DNA of 24,000 nucleotides from Methylomicrobium agile (GCF_000733855.1 NZ_JPOJ01000001.1:4054128-4078127); one strand, 5' to 3'. Positions 1-8,669 are shown, counted from the stretch's first letter. A program made the numbers and translations. The notes: generated from the sequence alone by a model not told the origin.

Positions 1-3000
1 AGTCGAATTGGGCGGCGCCGTGGTCGCGGTCCAGGGCTTCGATCTGCCAGGTTCCCTGGGCCTGCAGCAGGCCGACGTCGGTGGGCTGGTGGTTGATCAG
101 GATCTGGAACAGGGGGTTTTGTCCCAGCCGCCGCTCGGGCTGCAGGGCGTCGACCAGGTGTTCGAACGGCAGGTCGGGATGGGCCTGGGCTTGCAGCAGG
201 GTCTGTTGGGTCTGCTGCAGCAGGCGGTCGAAGCGCGTGGGCGCGCTGATTTCGGTCCGCAGCACCACGGTGTTGACGAAGTAGCCGATCAGGGCTTGCG
301 TTTCCGGGCGCTGGCGGTTGGCCAGCGGCAGGCCGATGCGGAGGTCGGTCTGGCCGCTGTAGCGGTAGAGCAGGACGTTGAAGGCGGCCAGCAGCACCTG
401 GAACGGGGTGACGCCGTGCCGGTGCGCCCCGGTTAAGACGGCTTGACTGACCGCCTCCGGCAGCACGAAGGGAACGCGGCCGCCGCGCTGGCTGGGTTCG
501 GCCGGGCGCGGCCGGTCGTACGGCAGTTCGATGACGGGGGGCTCGCCGCCCAGCCAGTCGGTCCAGTAGGCGAGTTGCCGCTCGGCTTCGCCGGCCGCCA
601 GCCAGTGGCGCTGCCAGGCGGCGAAGTCGGCGTGGCGGATCGGCAGGGCTGGCAGTTGCGGTTCGCGGCCGGCCTGGAGGGCGCCGTAGAGTTCGCCGAA
701 TTCGGCCAACAGCCGGTTCAGCGACCAGCCGTCGGCGATCAGGTGGTGCAGGGTCAGGTTCAGTTCGTGGCACGATTGGCCGTCCCGGTCCGGCAAGCGC
801 GCCAGCAGTACCCGCCACAAGGGGCCGCGTTCCAGATCGAACGGTACGCGGGCCTCGGCCTCGGCCAGTTGCCCGGCCTGCGCCGGCGCGGCCTGCGCCG
901 CCAACTCACTCAAGTCATGGAAGGCCAAGGCCACTTCGCACGACGACGGAATCCATTGCCGCGGCTGGCCGTCGACCGCGTAAAACAGCGTGCGCAGCGC
1001 GTCGTGGCGCAGCGCCAGCGCATGAAAGGCCTGCGTCAGCGCCTCGCGGTCCAGGTCGCCGACCAGCCGCACGCCGCCGGCGATGTGGTAGGCCGTGCTC
1101 GCCGGGTTTAGTTGCGATAGAAACCACAGGCTTTCCTGGCCGTAGGATAACAATAGATCGTCGCTTTGATCGATCCGGGCAATCGGCGTCTCAGTATGTT
1201 CTTGATTGGAAAGTAATGCCTGAACAGCAGCGGCAAATTCGCGTAAGCCCGGTTTTTCGAAAAACAAGCGCGGTTCGATTATTACACCCAACCGTTCGCG
1301 CAGGCGGGCGATGACTTGCATCACGGTAATCGATTGGCCGCCCAACGCAAAAAAGCTTTTCTGCGGCGCCACGGCGTCAATGTTCAACGCTTCGCCCCAG
1401 ATCGCGGCGATTTGCCGTTCGAATTCACCGAGGTCGCCCACGGCAACGGCCGCCGATGCGCTACGACCGGCCTGCTGTATCGCATAGGCATCCAAGGTGC
1501 CGTCCAGCCAACCCTGGCGGCAGGCGCTACGCTGCAGTTTACCGCTGCTGGTTTTGGGCAATGCCCCCGGATTCAGCAGCAGAATCAGCGCTGCCGGTTC
1601 CTGGCAGCTCAGCGCCACGGTTTCGTTGATCGCTTCGAACAGATTTTCCGCCGGCACCAGTTTTTGTGTGCCGCGGCCGATCTCGGCGGCAATGCCGATG
1701 CCTTCGCGACCGTCGACGTTGACCGCGAACGCCGCAACTCTGCCCTTGCGCAACAGTTCGATCTGTTCTTCCAACGACTGTTCGATGTCTTGCGGATACA
1801 GATTTTGGCCGCGAATCAGAATCATGTCCTTGCAGCGACCGGTCACGAACAAGCGGCCGCGGTCGAGAAAACCCAAATCGCCGGTGCGCAGCCAGGTTTT
1901 GCCGTCTTCGACGACGAAGGTTTCCGAAGTGGCCTCGGGATTTTGCCAATAGCCGTGAGTAACGCTGGGGCCGCTGAAACGGATCTCGCCGATTTGACCA
2001 TCGGCGCAAGGTTTACCGCTGAGCGGATCGACAATGACCAGCCGATGTTCTTCCTGCACCAGCCCGCAATCGACCAGCACGCTGCCGCTGTCGGCCAGTT
2101 GCATGCGATGTGCTGCCAACGCATCGGCGGCGCAGGTCACGGCTTTCGCACCTTCGCCGGGCAAGCCGCCGCTGACCAGCAGCGATGCTTCGGCCAGGCC
2201 GTAACAAGGATAGACAGCGCCGGCCGGCAAACCGGCAACGGCGAATTTTTCGGCAAAGGTGGTCAGGGTATCGAAGCGAATCGGCTCGGCACCGCAGAAT
2301 GCCAGGCGCCAGCTAGCCAGGTTGAGGCCGGCTAATTGTGCCTCGCTGATGCGTTCGTTGCACAGGCGGAATGCAAAATCCGGCCCGCCGCTGATGGTGC
2401 CGCCGAAACGCGACACTGCTTCCAGCCAGCGCACCGGCCGTTCCAGAAAATGGCGCGGCGACATCAACGCCAACGGAATGCCGCTGTATAAAGGCTGCAT
2501 CAGGCTGCCGACCAGGCCCATGTCGTGGAACAGCGGCAGCCAGCTCACGAATACATCGCTGTCACCGATCGCAAAGGCGCGTTTGATCGCGCGCTGGTTG
2601 GCCAGCAGATTGTCGTGGCCGACCATCACGCCTTTGGGATGGGCGGTGGACCCGGAAGTGTATTGCAGAAAGGCGATCGCATCTTTGGCGATGTTCGGCA
2701 TGCGCCAGGCGGCCGCCAATCCGGCATCTACCGTATCGACAGTGATCACCAATTGCCGTTCGGCGCTGGCTATCGACTCCAGCGATTGATTCAGCGCGGC
2801 CAGCAACGGGCTGGCCGTCAATATAGCCGCGGGTTTCGCATCGGCGAGTATCGACGCCACGCGTTTGAGATGGTGCGGCGCTTGCGATTCCGGCGGATAA
2901 GCCGGCACCGCGATGACTCCGGCATACAGGCAGCCGAAAAAAGCGCTGACATAGTCGATGCCGGTATGCAGCACGATCAAGGCCCGCTCGCCGGGGGCAA

Positions 3001-3181
3001 CGGTTTGCTGCAAAAGCGCCGCTATCGCGCGGGCCCGGCCGTCCAGATCGGCAAAACTGTAACTGCCGGCGCCGTCCACGGCATCGGCGATGCAGTGCAG
3101 GGCCGTCCGCTCCGGATGCCGTTCGGCCCGTTGCAGCAGCAAGTCGACAAAATGGTTGGCATGAGCGGGATTGAAAGCCAT
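1..3181 (-). CDS. Non-ribosomal peptide synthetase, N-terminal part: fatty-acyl-AMP ligase (FAAL) - carrier (T) - condensation (C); ORF runs off the window at position 1
   Basis: Absent from the supplied ORF track because it is open at the window edge; translated by hand from the reverse strand. Starts ATG at comp(3181-3179): MAFNPAHANHFVDLLLQRAERHPERTALH... Adenylate-forming cores LQYTSGSTAHPKGV, FAAL-type SWLPLFHDMGL, TGDLGF, PKTSSGKLQR. Carrier motif FFALGGQSI (Ser codon comp 1331-1333). C-domain motifs LSYGQESLWFL and HHLIADG (comp 728-748). The long plus-strand ORFs at 8-3214 are antisense shadows. Confidence 0.9.
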   Translation of the reverse strand, partial: MAFNPAHANHFVDLLLQRAERHPERTALHCIADAVDGAGSYSFADLDGRARAIAALLQQTVAPGERALIVLHTGIDYVSAFFGCLYAGVIAVPAYPPESQAPHHLKRVASILADAKPAAILTASPLLAALNQSLESIASAERQLVITVDTVDAGLAAAWRMPNIAKDAIAFLQYTSGSTAHPKGVMVGHDNLLANQRAIKRAFAIGDSDVFVSWLPLFHDMGLVGSLMQPLYSGIPLALMSPRHFLERPVRWLEAVSRFGGTISGGPDFAFRLCNERISEAQLAGLNLASWRLAFCGAEPIRFDTLTTFAEKFAVAGLPAGAVYPCYGLAEASLLVSGGLPGEGAKAVTCAADALAAHRMQLADSGSVLVDCGLVQEEHRLVIVDPLSGKPCADGQIGEIRFSGPSVTHGYWQNPEATSETFVVEDGKTWLRTGDLGFLDRGRLFVTGRCKDMILIRGQNLYPQDIEQSLEEQIELLRKGRVAAFAVNVDGREGIGIAAEIGRGTQKLVPAENLFEAINETVALSCQEPAALILLLNPGALPKTSSGKLQRSACRQGWLDGTLDAYAIQQAGRSASAAVAVGDLGEFERQIAAIWGEALNIDAVAPQKSFFALGGQSITVMQVIARLRERLGVIIEPRLFFEKPGLREFAAAVQALLSNQEHTETPIARIDQSDDLLLSYGQESLWFLSQLNPASTAYHIAGGVRLVGDLDREALTQAFHALALRHDALRTLFYAVDGQPRQWIPSSCEVALAFHDLSELAAQAAPAQAGQLAEAEARVPFDLERGPLWRVLLARLPDRDGQSCHELNLTLHHLIADGWSLNRLLAEFGELYGALQAGREPQLPALPIRHADFAAWQRHWLAAGEAERQLAYWTDWLGGEPPVIELPYDRPRPAEPSQRGGRVPFVLPEAVSQAVLTGAHRHGVTPFQVLLAAFNVLLYRYSGQTDLRIGLPLANRQRPETQALIGYFVNTVVLRTEISAPTRFDRLLQQTQQTLLQAQAHPDLPFEHLVDALQPERRLGQNPLFQILINHQPTDVGLLQAQGTWQIEALDRDHGAAQFD

Positions 3182-3189
3182 CGGAATAT

Positions 3190-4176
3190 TTATGCGGAAA
3201 GAGTTTGCGAATAGGGTTCGGCCATCGCCACAACAACCTTGCGCGGACCGCTGAACGGCGAACGGGCGTGGGCGGCCAACATGTTGTCCAACATCATGAT
3301 GTCGCCGGTTTGCCACGGAAAACTAATAGTCAATTCGTCGAGCACGCCGCGAATTTCATTCAGAATGCCGTCCTCGATCGGGCTGCCGTCGCCGTAGTAG
3401 ACGTTGCGCGGCAAATCCTCCGGCTCGACCACGTCCAGCAAGGCTTCGCGCACGTCCGGCTCCAGATTGGAAACGTGAAACAGATGCGCCTGATTGAACC
3501 AGACCCAGTCGCCGGTCACCGGATGCCGCGCGGTCGCCTGGCAGATTTGCCGAGTACGCAGTTCGCCGTCTTCCTTCCATTCGCAGTCAATATCGTGGGC
3601 GCGGCAATAGCGTTCGACGACGGACGGATCTTCCGTGTTGAATACTTGCGCCCACGGCACGTCCAGGCCGTTGCCGAAGTTGCGCACGTACATCAGGCCC
3701 TGCGCTTCGAAGCGGCGGCGGATCGCCGGATCGATGCGGCGGTAGATTTCCCGGCTGCCGGCGATCGGCGTTTCGCCGCCGCGCTCGGCCACCAAGGCGC
3801 TATAAAACCAGATTTTCATCGGCCATTCGCGGGTATAAGCCTGTTCGTTATGCAACGGAATGGACTGGTGCGGCGGGTATTCGGTCGAGGTGTAAACGCC
3901 CTCTTCCACCCGGGTGCGCGGCGTCGAGCCGAACTCGTAACTCAGCAGCGGATGGCCGAAACCCGCGGCGAAGGTTTTGAATTCGGCAGGACCGGCCACC
4001 GCAAAACCGCGAAACAACAGGCCGCCGCAGCGCAACAAATGACGTTCGGTCAATGCGCGTAATTCGGCGGCTACTTCCGACAGGGCGACACCGGGCGCGG
4101 CCGGCTTGACCAACAGCGGCAAAGCGCCGCCGGCGGTCAGGTTTTCAGTCATCAACATTCGGCTATCGGCATTCAT
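3190..4176 (-). CDS. TauD/TfdA-family Fe(II)/2-oxoglutarate dioxygenase, SyrP-like amino-acid beta-hydroxylase
   Basis: 328-aa ORF whose stop lies 8 nt upstream of the NRPS start. H-x-E iron-triad segment SIPLHNEQAY, distal His in MLAAHARSPF, overall resemblance to SyrP-type hydroxylases that accompany NRPSs. No clear SD; the start could be one of the Met codons 6-8 residues downstream. Confidence 0.8.
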   Translation of the reverse strand: MNADSRMLMTENLTAGGALPLLVKPAAPGVALSEVAAELRALTERHLLRCGGLLFRGFAVAGPAEFKTFAAGFGHPLLSYEFGSTPRTRVEEGVYTSTEYPPHQSIPLHNEQAYTREWPMKIWFYSALVAERGGETPIAGSREIYRRIDPAIRRRFEAQGLMYVRNFGNGLDVPWAQVFNTEDPSVVERYCRAHDIDCEWKEDGELRTRQICQATARHPVTGDWVWFNQAHLFHVSNLEPDVREALLDVVEPEDLPRNVYYGDGSPIEDGILNEIRGVLDELTISFPWQTGDIMMLDNMLAAHARSPFSGPRKVVVAMAEPYSQTLSA

Positions 4177-4218
4177 GGGCTGAGGTTCGTTGTCTGTTTA
4201 AAAACCGAAATTTCTGGG

Positions 4219-4292
4219 GTTTGCCCTGAAGAAAAACCTTGATCCACGAAGAGACGTTGAGAGACGAGTATCAAGGTTTCCCCAGGGCAAAC
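4219..4292. repeat. Intercistronic compound palindrome (two nested 10-bp inverted repeats)
   Basis: GTTTGCCCTG (4219-4228) pairs with CAGGGCAAAC (4283-4292). AAACCTTGAT (4234-4243) pairs with ATCAAGGTTT (4270-4279). The loop carries a tandem GAGACG. Located in the 157-nt gap between the thioesterase stop and the hydroxylase start. Confidence 0.7.
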
Positions 4293-4333
4293 TCCGGAAA
4301 ATCCGCTGGGATGGTCTTGTTTGGATCGGCGGC

Positions 4334-5023
4334 CTACGCACGTGCCAGGTAGCGGCATAGGGTTGCCAATACCGGTTCCTCGACGCTTTGGATGAAAAAG
4401 TGGTCGCCGTCGAAATAATCCAGCGTGAAGTCGCCCGTCGTTTCAAGCCGCCATGCTTCCAGCGTGGCCGGCGTGGTTTCGTCGGCGACTCCGGCCAGCA
4501 CATGCACCGGCAGTGCCAGCGGCGGACGCTCGTTGCGCCGATAGCGGCCGCACAGGCGAAAATCGGCGCGCAACACCGGCAGCGTCAACGCCATCAATTC
4601 ATCGCTGCCGAATACCGCGGCGTCGGTACCGTTCAAACGCCGCATTTCCGATTTCAACTCGTCGTCGCTTTCAAGCCGTTCGAAACGCCGGTTGTCGCGC
4701 CGGCTCGGCGCGTGGGTGCCGGAAACGATCAACGCGCCGGGCATCGCCAAACCGCGCTCGCGCACGGCGTGGGCGATTTCGAAAGCGACCAGCGCGCCGA
4801 AACTATGACCGAACAAGGCATAAGGCCGGCAGATATCGCCGGCGATCTCACCGACCAGGGTTCCGATCAGAGCATCCCAATCCTCGGCCAACGGTTCAAG
4901 CAAACGCGCGCCGCGCCCCGGCAATTCGACCGGCTTGATGTCCAGCCAGTACGGGGCCTGGCGCCGCCAGCGCTGGTAAACCATCGCACTGGCCCCGGCA
5001 TAGGGAAAACAGAGCAAGCGCAC
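4334..5023 (-). CDS. Type II (editing) thioesterase
   Basis: 229-aa ORF with a GTG start and a GAGGA SD overlapping the end of the MbtH gene. Nucleophile elbow GHSFG, N-terminal FPYAGAS and C-terminal GDHFF, all typical of stand-alone NRPS/PKS thioesterases. Confidence 0.88.
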   Translation of the reverse strand: MRLLCFPYAGASAMVYQRWRRQAPYWLDIKPVELPGRGARLLEPLAEDWDALIGTLVGEIAGDICRPYALFGHSFGALVAFEIAHAVRERGLAMPGALIVSGTHAPSRRDNRRFERLESDDELKSEMRRLNGTDAAVFGSDELMALTLPVLRADFRLCGRYRRNERPPLALPVHVLAGVADETTPATLEAWRLETTGDFTLDYFDGDHFFIQSVEEPVLATLCRYLARA

Positions 5024-5032
5024 GCCTTTCCT

Positions 5033-5245
5033 CTACTGGGCCTGATCTTCCATGAATTTGCGCAGGCTGAGCGGTCGCATGTCGGTCCACACCTCTTCGA
5101 TGTAGGCCAAACAGTCCTTCTTCACACCCGACTTGCCGACCGTGCGCCAGCCGCCCGGCACGGCTTTGTAATCCGGCCAGATCGAATATTGCTCTTCGTC
5201 GTTGACGACTACTTGAAAAATCGCATCTTCGCTATCGATACTCAT
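5033..5245 (-). CDS. mbtH: MbtH-like protein
   Basis: Only the last 70 codons of the 218-aa track ORF: [37 protein letters not shown]... This carries the MbtH signature (NxExQYSxWP ... PxGW). AGGA SD about 7 nt upstream of the ATG at comp 5245. Confidence 0.9.
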   Translation of the reverse strand: MSIDSEDAIFQVVVNDEEQYSIWPDYKAVPGGWRTVGKSGVKKDCLAYIEEVWTDMRPLSLRKFMEDQAQ

Positions 5246-5426
5246 CAGTTTTCCTAAATACAAAATTGATCGAAAAAGGCTTTCCGCGATAGCATCATCA
5301 TCGCGGCCCGCTTGTGCGGAAAATCGAATTCCTTGCCAAACTTTCCCCCACCAAAAGTACGTGACGGCAGGGTAACCCTGATTCGGCATCCATACATACT
5401 CCGAATTCTGGATACCTCGCCTGCCG

Positions 5427-6530
5427 TTACCCAATCCGCCAGTAGCGGGACTGTGCTTCGACCGCCGCATCCAATTCGAAGGCGTGGCGAGGGCTAAGCA
5501 TGGATTTCGCTCCTCCTGGTCCGCTATGGCCGCTTGGCGCGGACCCAATGGCTTCAGGTATTTCTCTTTCCGTGGCCCCGCCGAGGAGCGCATCGGCTGT
5601 GCTGCAGACCGATTCGGTGATTCCTTGACGGTTGTAGCCTCCCTCCAAGAAGAACCCGATACGCGCCGCATGCGGTCCTCCGAGCGCACCGATCAGAAGT
5701 CTCGTCAACTCCCCGTAGTCCTCCGATCGCAGACACATCCCCCCAAGTGGATCGCGCTCGTGCGCGTCGTAGCCAGCGCTCACGAAGGTGATGGTCGGCG
5801 CGTACTGATCGGCAATGGGGAGCACGAGACGTTGAAACGCCTCGCGGTATGCCGATCTTCCGGCGCCAACCGAGAGAGGGATATTGACGGTGAAACCGCG
5901 ACCCTCGCCGGCACCCGTTTCATTGGGGAGGCCTGTCTCCGGATACTGCGGGCGCCCTTGATGGATCGATATGAAGAGCACACGTGGGTCGCTCTCGAAG
6001 ATCTGCTGCGTGCCGTTGCCGTGGTGAACGTCCCAATCGACCACCAGTACCCGGCTGGCTCCCCGTGCGAGGGCGTGATGCGCGGCGATGGCAACGTTAT
6101 TCAGGATGCAAAAGCCCATCGCCTGATCAGTGCAGGCGTGGTGCCCCGGAGGGCGCCAGAGTCCCACGGCCTGATCGCAGGCGTCGTCCAGCAAGGCGTC
6201 CGTGATCGCGAGCCCAGCCCCGCTCGCCGCGAGCGCTACGTCGAGCGAGCCCGGCGTGTAGTACGTATCCGGGTCGAGCCAACCGCTCGACGTACGCGTC
6301 GCGAGCAGCATTTCGATGTACGCGGGGGAATGTGCCCGCGCGATTTCCTCAAGCGTCGCGCGCCGCGCGGGAAGCTGCCTAGCGACGGCTGCGGCCCTGG
6401 AACGCTGAAAACCCTCCACCGCGGCCGCGAGCCGGTACGGAATCTCATCGTGCTCGCGAGGGGGATGATGAACCCCGGCGTCGCCCCCCGTCGCGAACGC
6501 GATGCGCGGCTCTGTCGTCGTCATGCTCAC
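5427..6530 (-). CDS. Histone-deacetylase / acetoin-utilisation (AcuC) / acetylpolyamine amidohydrolase family protein
   Basis: Deacetylase-fold motifs [39 protein letters not shown]. The track start is GTG at 6530; ATG at comp 6524 has a GAGG SD and is the likelier start. The upstream gene stops 2 nt away. Confidence 0.85.
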   Translation of the reverse strand: MSMTTTEPRIAFATGGDAGVHHPPREHDEIPYRLAAAVEGFQRSRAAAVARQLPARRATLEEIARAHSPAYIEMLLATRTSSGWLDPDTYYTPGSLDVALAASGAGLAITDALLDDACDQAVGLWRPPGHHACTDQAMGFCILNNVAIAAHHALARGASRVLVVDWDVHHGNGTQQIFESDPRVLFISIHQGRPQYPETGLPNETGAGEGRGFTVNIPLSVGAGRSAYREAFQRLVLPIADQYAPTITFVSAGYDAHERDPLGGMCLRSEDYGELTRLLIGALGGPHAARIGFFLEGGYNRQGITESVCSTADALLGGATEREIPEAIGSAPSGHSGPGGAKSMLSPRHAFELDAAVEAQSRYWRIG

Positions 6531-6532
6531 CC

Positions 6533-7342
6533 TCAGTCCCGTTTACCGGGCGGAGAGGGGACGAAACCGCACGGGACAGGCTTCAGCTGCAACTCCACCT
6601 GAAAGCTTTCGCCATCGATGTCGACGATGCACCCGGACCTCCCGGGCACGGTGCAGACGCGCAAGCGATCGATCAGATCGCGGGTGCGCAGGCGCTCGTC
6701 CGGATCGAGACGGAGAAGTTCCGACATCTCGTTGAGCTTGTGCCGCGTGCCGGGGTGACGTTGGGGGTGGCTGCGATAGGTACCGTCGACAATGCTCGGC
6801 CAAGTGGCTCGAAAGAGCTGAATCGCCGCGTCCTCGTGCTTGCGGTAGAGGGTATCGCCCGTGTCCTCGGGCGTCACTTCGACGAGGGCCTGAGCATACA
6901 GATCGCCCGCGTCGGCGGCCGAGTTCATGCGATGCACGCTGACTCCGGCCGGCGTTCCGTCGAGCACCGACCAGACGTAGTAAAAGAAGCCCTTGTTGTA
7001 CGGCAGGTAACCGGGATGAACGTTGATCGTGTCGATCTTAGGGAGGCTCAAGAAGCGCTCGTCGAGCACGTAGTCGAAGTAAAAACACGAGACGTAGTCG
7101 GGCTCGAGCGGCCGAATGATCTCGTCGAAGTGCTCGCGGGCGCGTTGGAATTCGAAGGCCGGTACGCCCGCGGCTTCGCACGCCGCAAGAATCTCGTCAC
7201 CAAAGAGCGCGGTCGCTCGCGGGTGCACCACGGCACCGCACACTTTGGTTTCCGGATCATTCAACAGGAACTTCAGACACTCGTAGCCGACACGGTTGTC
7301 CAGACACATCAATATGCTGCGGGACGGATTCAATTGTTTCAT
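6533..7342 (-). CDS. Formyltransferase family protein, probable N-hydroxy-amino-acid formyltransferase (role assigned by context)
   Basis: 269-aa ORF. Formyl_trans_N-type motif INVHPGYLPYNKG (catalytic His) followed by HRMNSAADAGD. First gene downstream of the Fur box at 7481. Sits in a hydroxamate-type siderophore context. Confidence 0.8.
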   Translation of the reverse strand: MKQLNPSRSILMCLDNRVGYECLKFLLNDPETKVCGAVVHPRATALFGDEILAACEAAGVPAFEFQRAREHFDEIIRPLEPDYVSCFYFDYVLDERFLSLPKIDTINVHPGYLPYNKGFFYYVWSVLDGTPAGVSVHRMNSAADAGDLYAQALVEVTPEDTGDTLYRKHEDAAIQLFRATWPSIVDGTYRSHPQRHPGTRHKLNEMSELLRLDPDERLRTRDLIDRLRVCTVPGRSGCIVDIDGESFQVELQLKPVPCGFVPSPPGKRD

Positions 7343-7480
7343 CGTTGGGTATCCCGGGTAGATACATAGCCCTCGAGCGCGACGCGGGTGATGTGGCTTC
7401 CGTTCGGAAGCGTCTGATTTAATACAATTAGGTTCATGCTACGGCAAACTCCAAAACAATCTAAAAATATTATAAATAGT

Positions 7481-7499
7481 AATAAGAATCATTCTTATT
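7481..7499. promoter_or_regulatory. Fur box (perfect 9-1-9 palindrome) for the minus-strand biosynthesis operon
   Basis: AATAAGAAT-C-ATTCTTATT in an AT-rich stretch about 140 nt upstream of the 7342 start. Matches 12/19 in direct alignment to GATAATGATAATCATTATC and has the same dyad architecture. A minus-strand TATAAT lies at comp 7474-7469. Two related sites occur at 14311 and 14639. Confidence 0.7.
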
Positions 7500-7617
7500 T
7501 TATATTTTATAGAAAACGATGCTCTTTGGCAAAAAATATTATCGGCCCGCTTTGGTTAAGCTCAAGGGCCCGGTTTCAAGCGAGCCGGTAAAAATCCTTA
7601 ATGCGCAAATCCCAAGC

Positions 7618-8616
7618 TCACCGTTGCACCGTCGGCTTCAGATATTTACCGATTATCCTGGCTATTTCCGCGCACGTCCCGTCGCTATCGCCATGATGCG
7701 CCATGTAAATTTCGGCGCCGTCAAACAAGGACATGAACAGCGGCGTGTCGTCGACTTCCTGCACCAGAACCAGCGGCTGGCTATCGGCTATGATCCGTTT
7801 CCATTCCTTGCGAACCATTTCCCAATAGGCGCCGGTCTTAGAGCATTTTCATGCCGCGTGTAGGAAGGCCCTCACCTTCTGAAGGGTACCCTGCCGTTAA
7901 GTCCAGCCAGTCCCGTAGGGTACGCGCTCGACTGCAGGGATGCAGGAGTTAGGGCAACGCATGGAGCAGTTGCCGAGTGCGTACCTTTCGACATTAGATG
8001 GTACGCACAGCGTACCCTACGGGTGCAGTCGTCTGGTAGTCCCCGATCGGGACAGGCTCTGCCGGAATGACGTGTTTTCCTTACGAAGGCCATATACCCC
8101 AAGTGAAAATGCTCTAGTCCAGTAATCATCACCGGCGCTAAAATCAAAACGCTTGATGCGTTCATAGCGGTTCAGCCCCTGTTCTTTTGCCAGATAACGG
8201 CGGGAGAAATTCTCCTGCCCGTCCCGGACAAGATGGACTTTGCGATTTTCTTCCTCTTGCACCCAGCCCGTCGGCAAGACGGTGTGGCTGTTATAGCCTT
8301 CCATTTGATATTGCCAATCCTGGCGCCAGTGTTTCAGCGCCATCGGTTGTGCCGGTTTGCCGTCGTCTTCCTTAAACATCATGACCATGATGTGCTGCAA
8401 GCTGATGAAATCGCCCCGGTCTTCCACCATGCGCTTACGGTTGGCAAGCGTCGGCAAGCCAAGATGGGGAGTCTGTTGGAGATCATAATGATCTGTTCCT
8501 CCCTCATCACGGAAGCGCCGGTCAAGTTGCGCCAGAATCCCGAGGAATGTAAGGCAGGGCGCCGGATCGTGCCATCGGCGACCCCTGCCTGCTTGACCTA
8601 ATCTCTTTCTCCGAAG
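7618..8616 (-). pseudogene. Hypothetical gene disrupted by a MITE insertion, possibly also lacking its 5' end
   Basis: Two same-frame ORFs (comp 8457-8017 and comp 7818-7618) flank the inserted repeat. Removing 7841-8116 joins ...FSAGDDYWT to KTGAYWEMVRKEWKR... with no frame change. The frame is open upstream to 8616, but the only start-like codon is TTG at 8457. No family recognised. Confidence 0.55.
7839..8116. mobile_element. Non-autonomous MITE-like element (about 274 bp plus TA duplication)
   Basis: 13-bp terminal inverted repeats TAGAGCATTTTCA (7839-7851) and TGAAAATGCTCTA (8104-8116); the outermost TA fits a TA target-site duplication. No transposase-sized ORF. Internal 14-bp inverted repeat CCCGTAGGGTACGC (7912-7925) / GCGTACCCTACGGG (8010-8023) and hairpin GGCAAC..GTTGCC (7953-7974). 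A degenerate second copy lies at 14491-14584. Confidence 0.75.
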
Positions 8617-8669
8617 CTAATGCCGGTCTTTCGCGCGTGCTCCGACATTATCCCGGTCCCAATCCCGGA

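Noticed and set aside
8-3214. Long plus-strand ORFs (8-436, 443-1111, 1316-2335, 2525-3214) and the minus-strand ORF 2562-3236
   Set aside because: Their translations are Arg/Ala/Gly/Gln-rich with no motifs. The other minus-strand frame gives an uninterrupted NRPS with textbook FAAL, T and C motifs, so these are GC-rich shadow ORFs.
5246-5689. N-terminal 148 residues of the 218-aa track ORF containing MbtH
   Set aside because: This part overlaps the 3' end of the deacetylase gene in another frame and has no SD. The MbtH family is about 70 aa, and a proper SD plus ATG sits at comp 5245.
5484-6602. 372-aa plus-strand ORF
   Set aside because: It is antisense to the deacetylase-family gene, which has clear catalytic motifs. 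Its composition is typical of a shadow frame.
7519-7863. 114-aa plus-strand ORF
   Set aside because: It is antisense to the C-terminal half of the split gene, runs into the MITE terminal repeat and has no SD.
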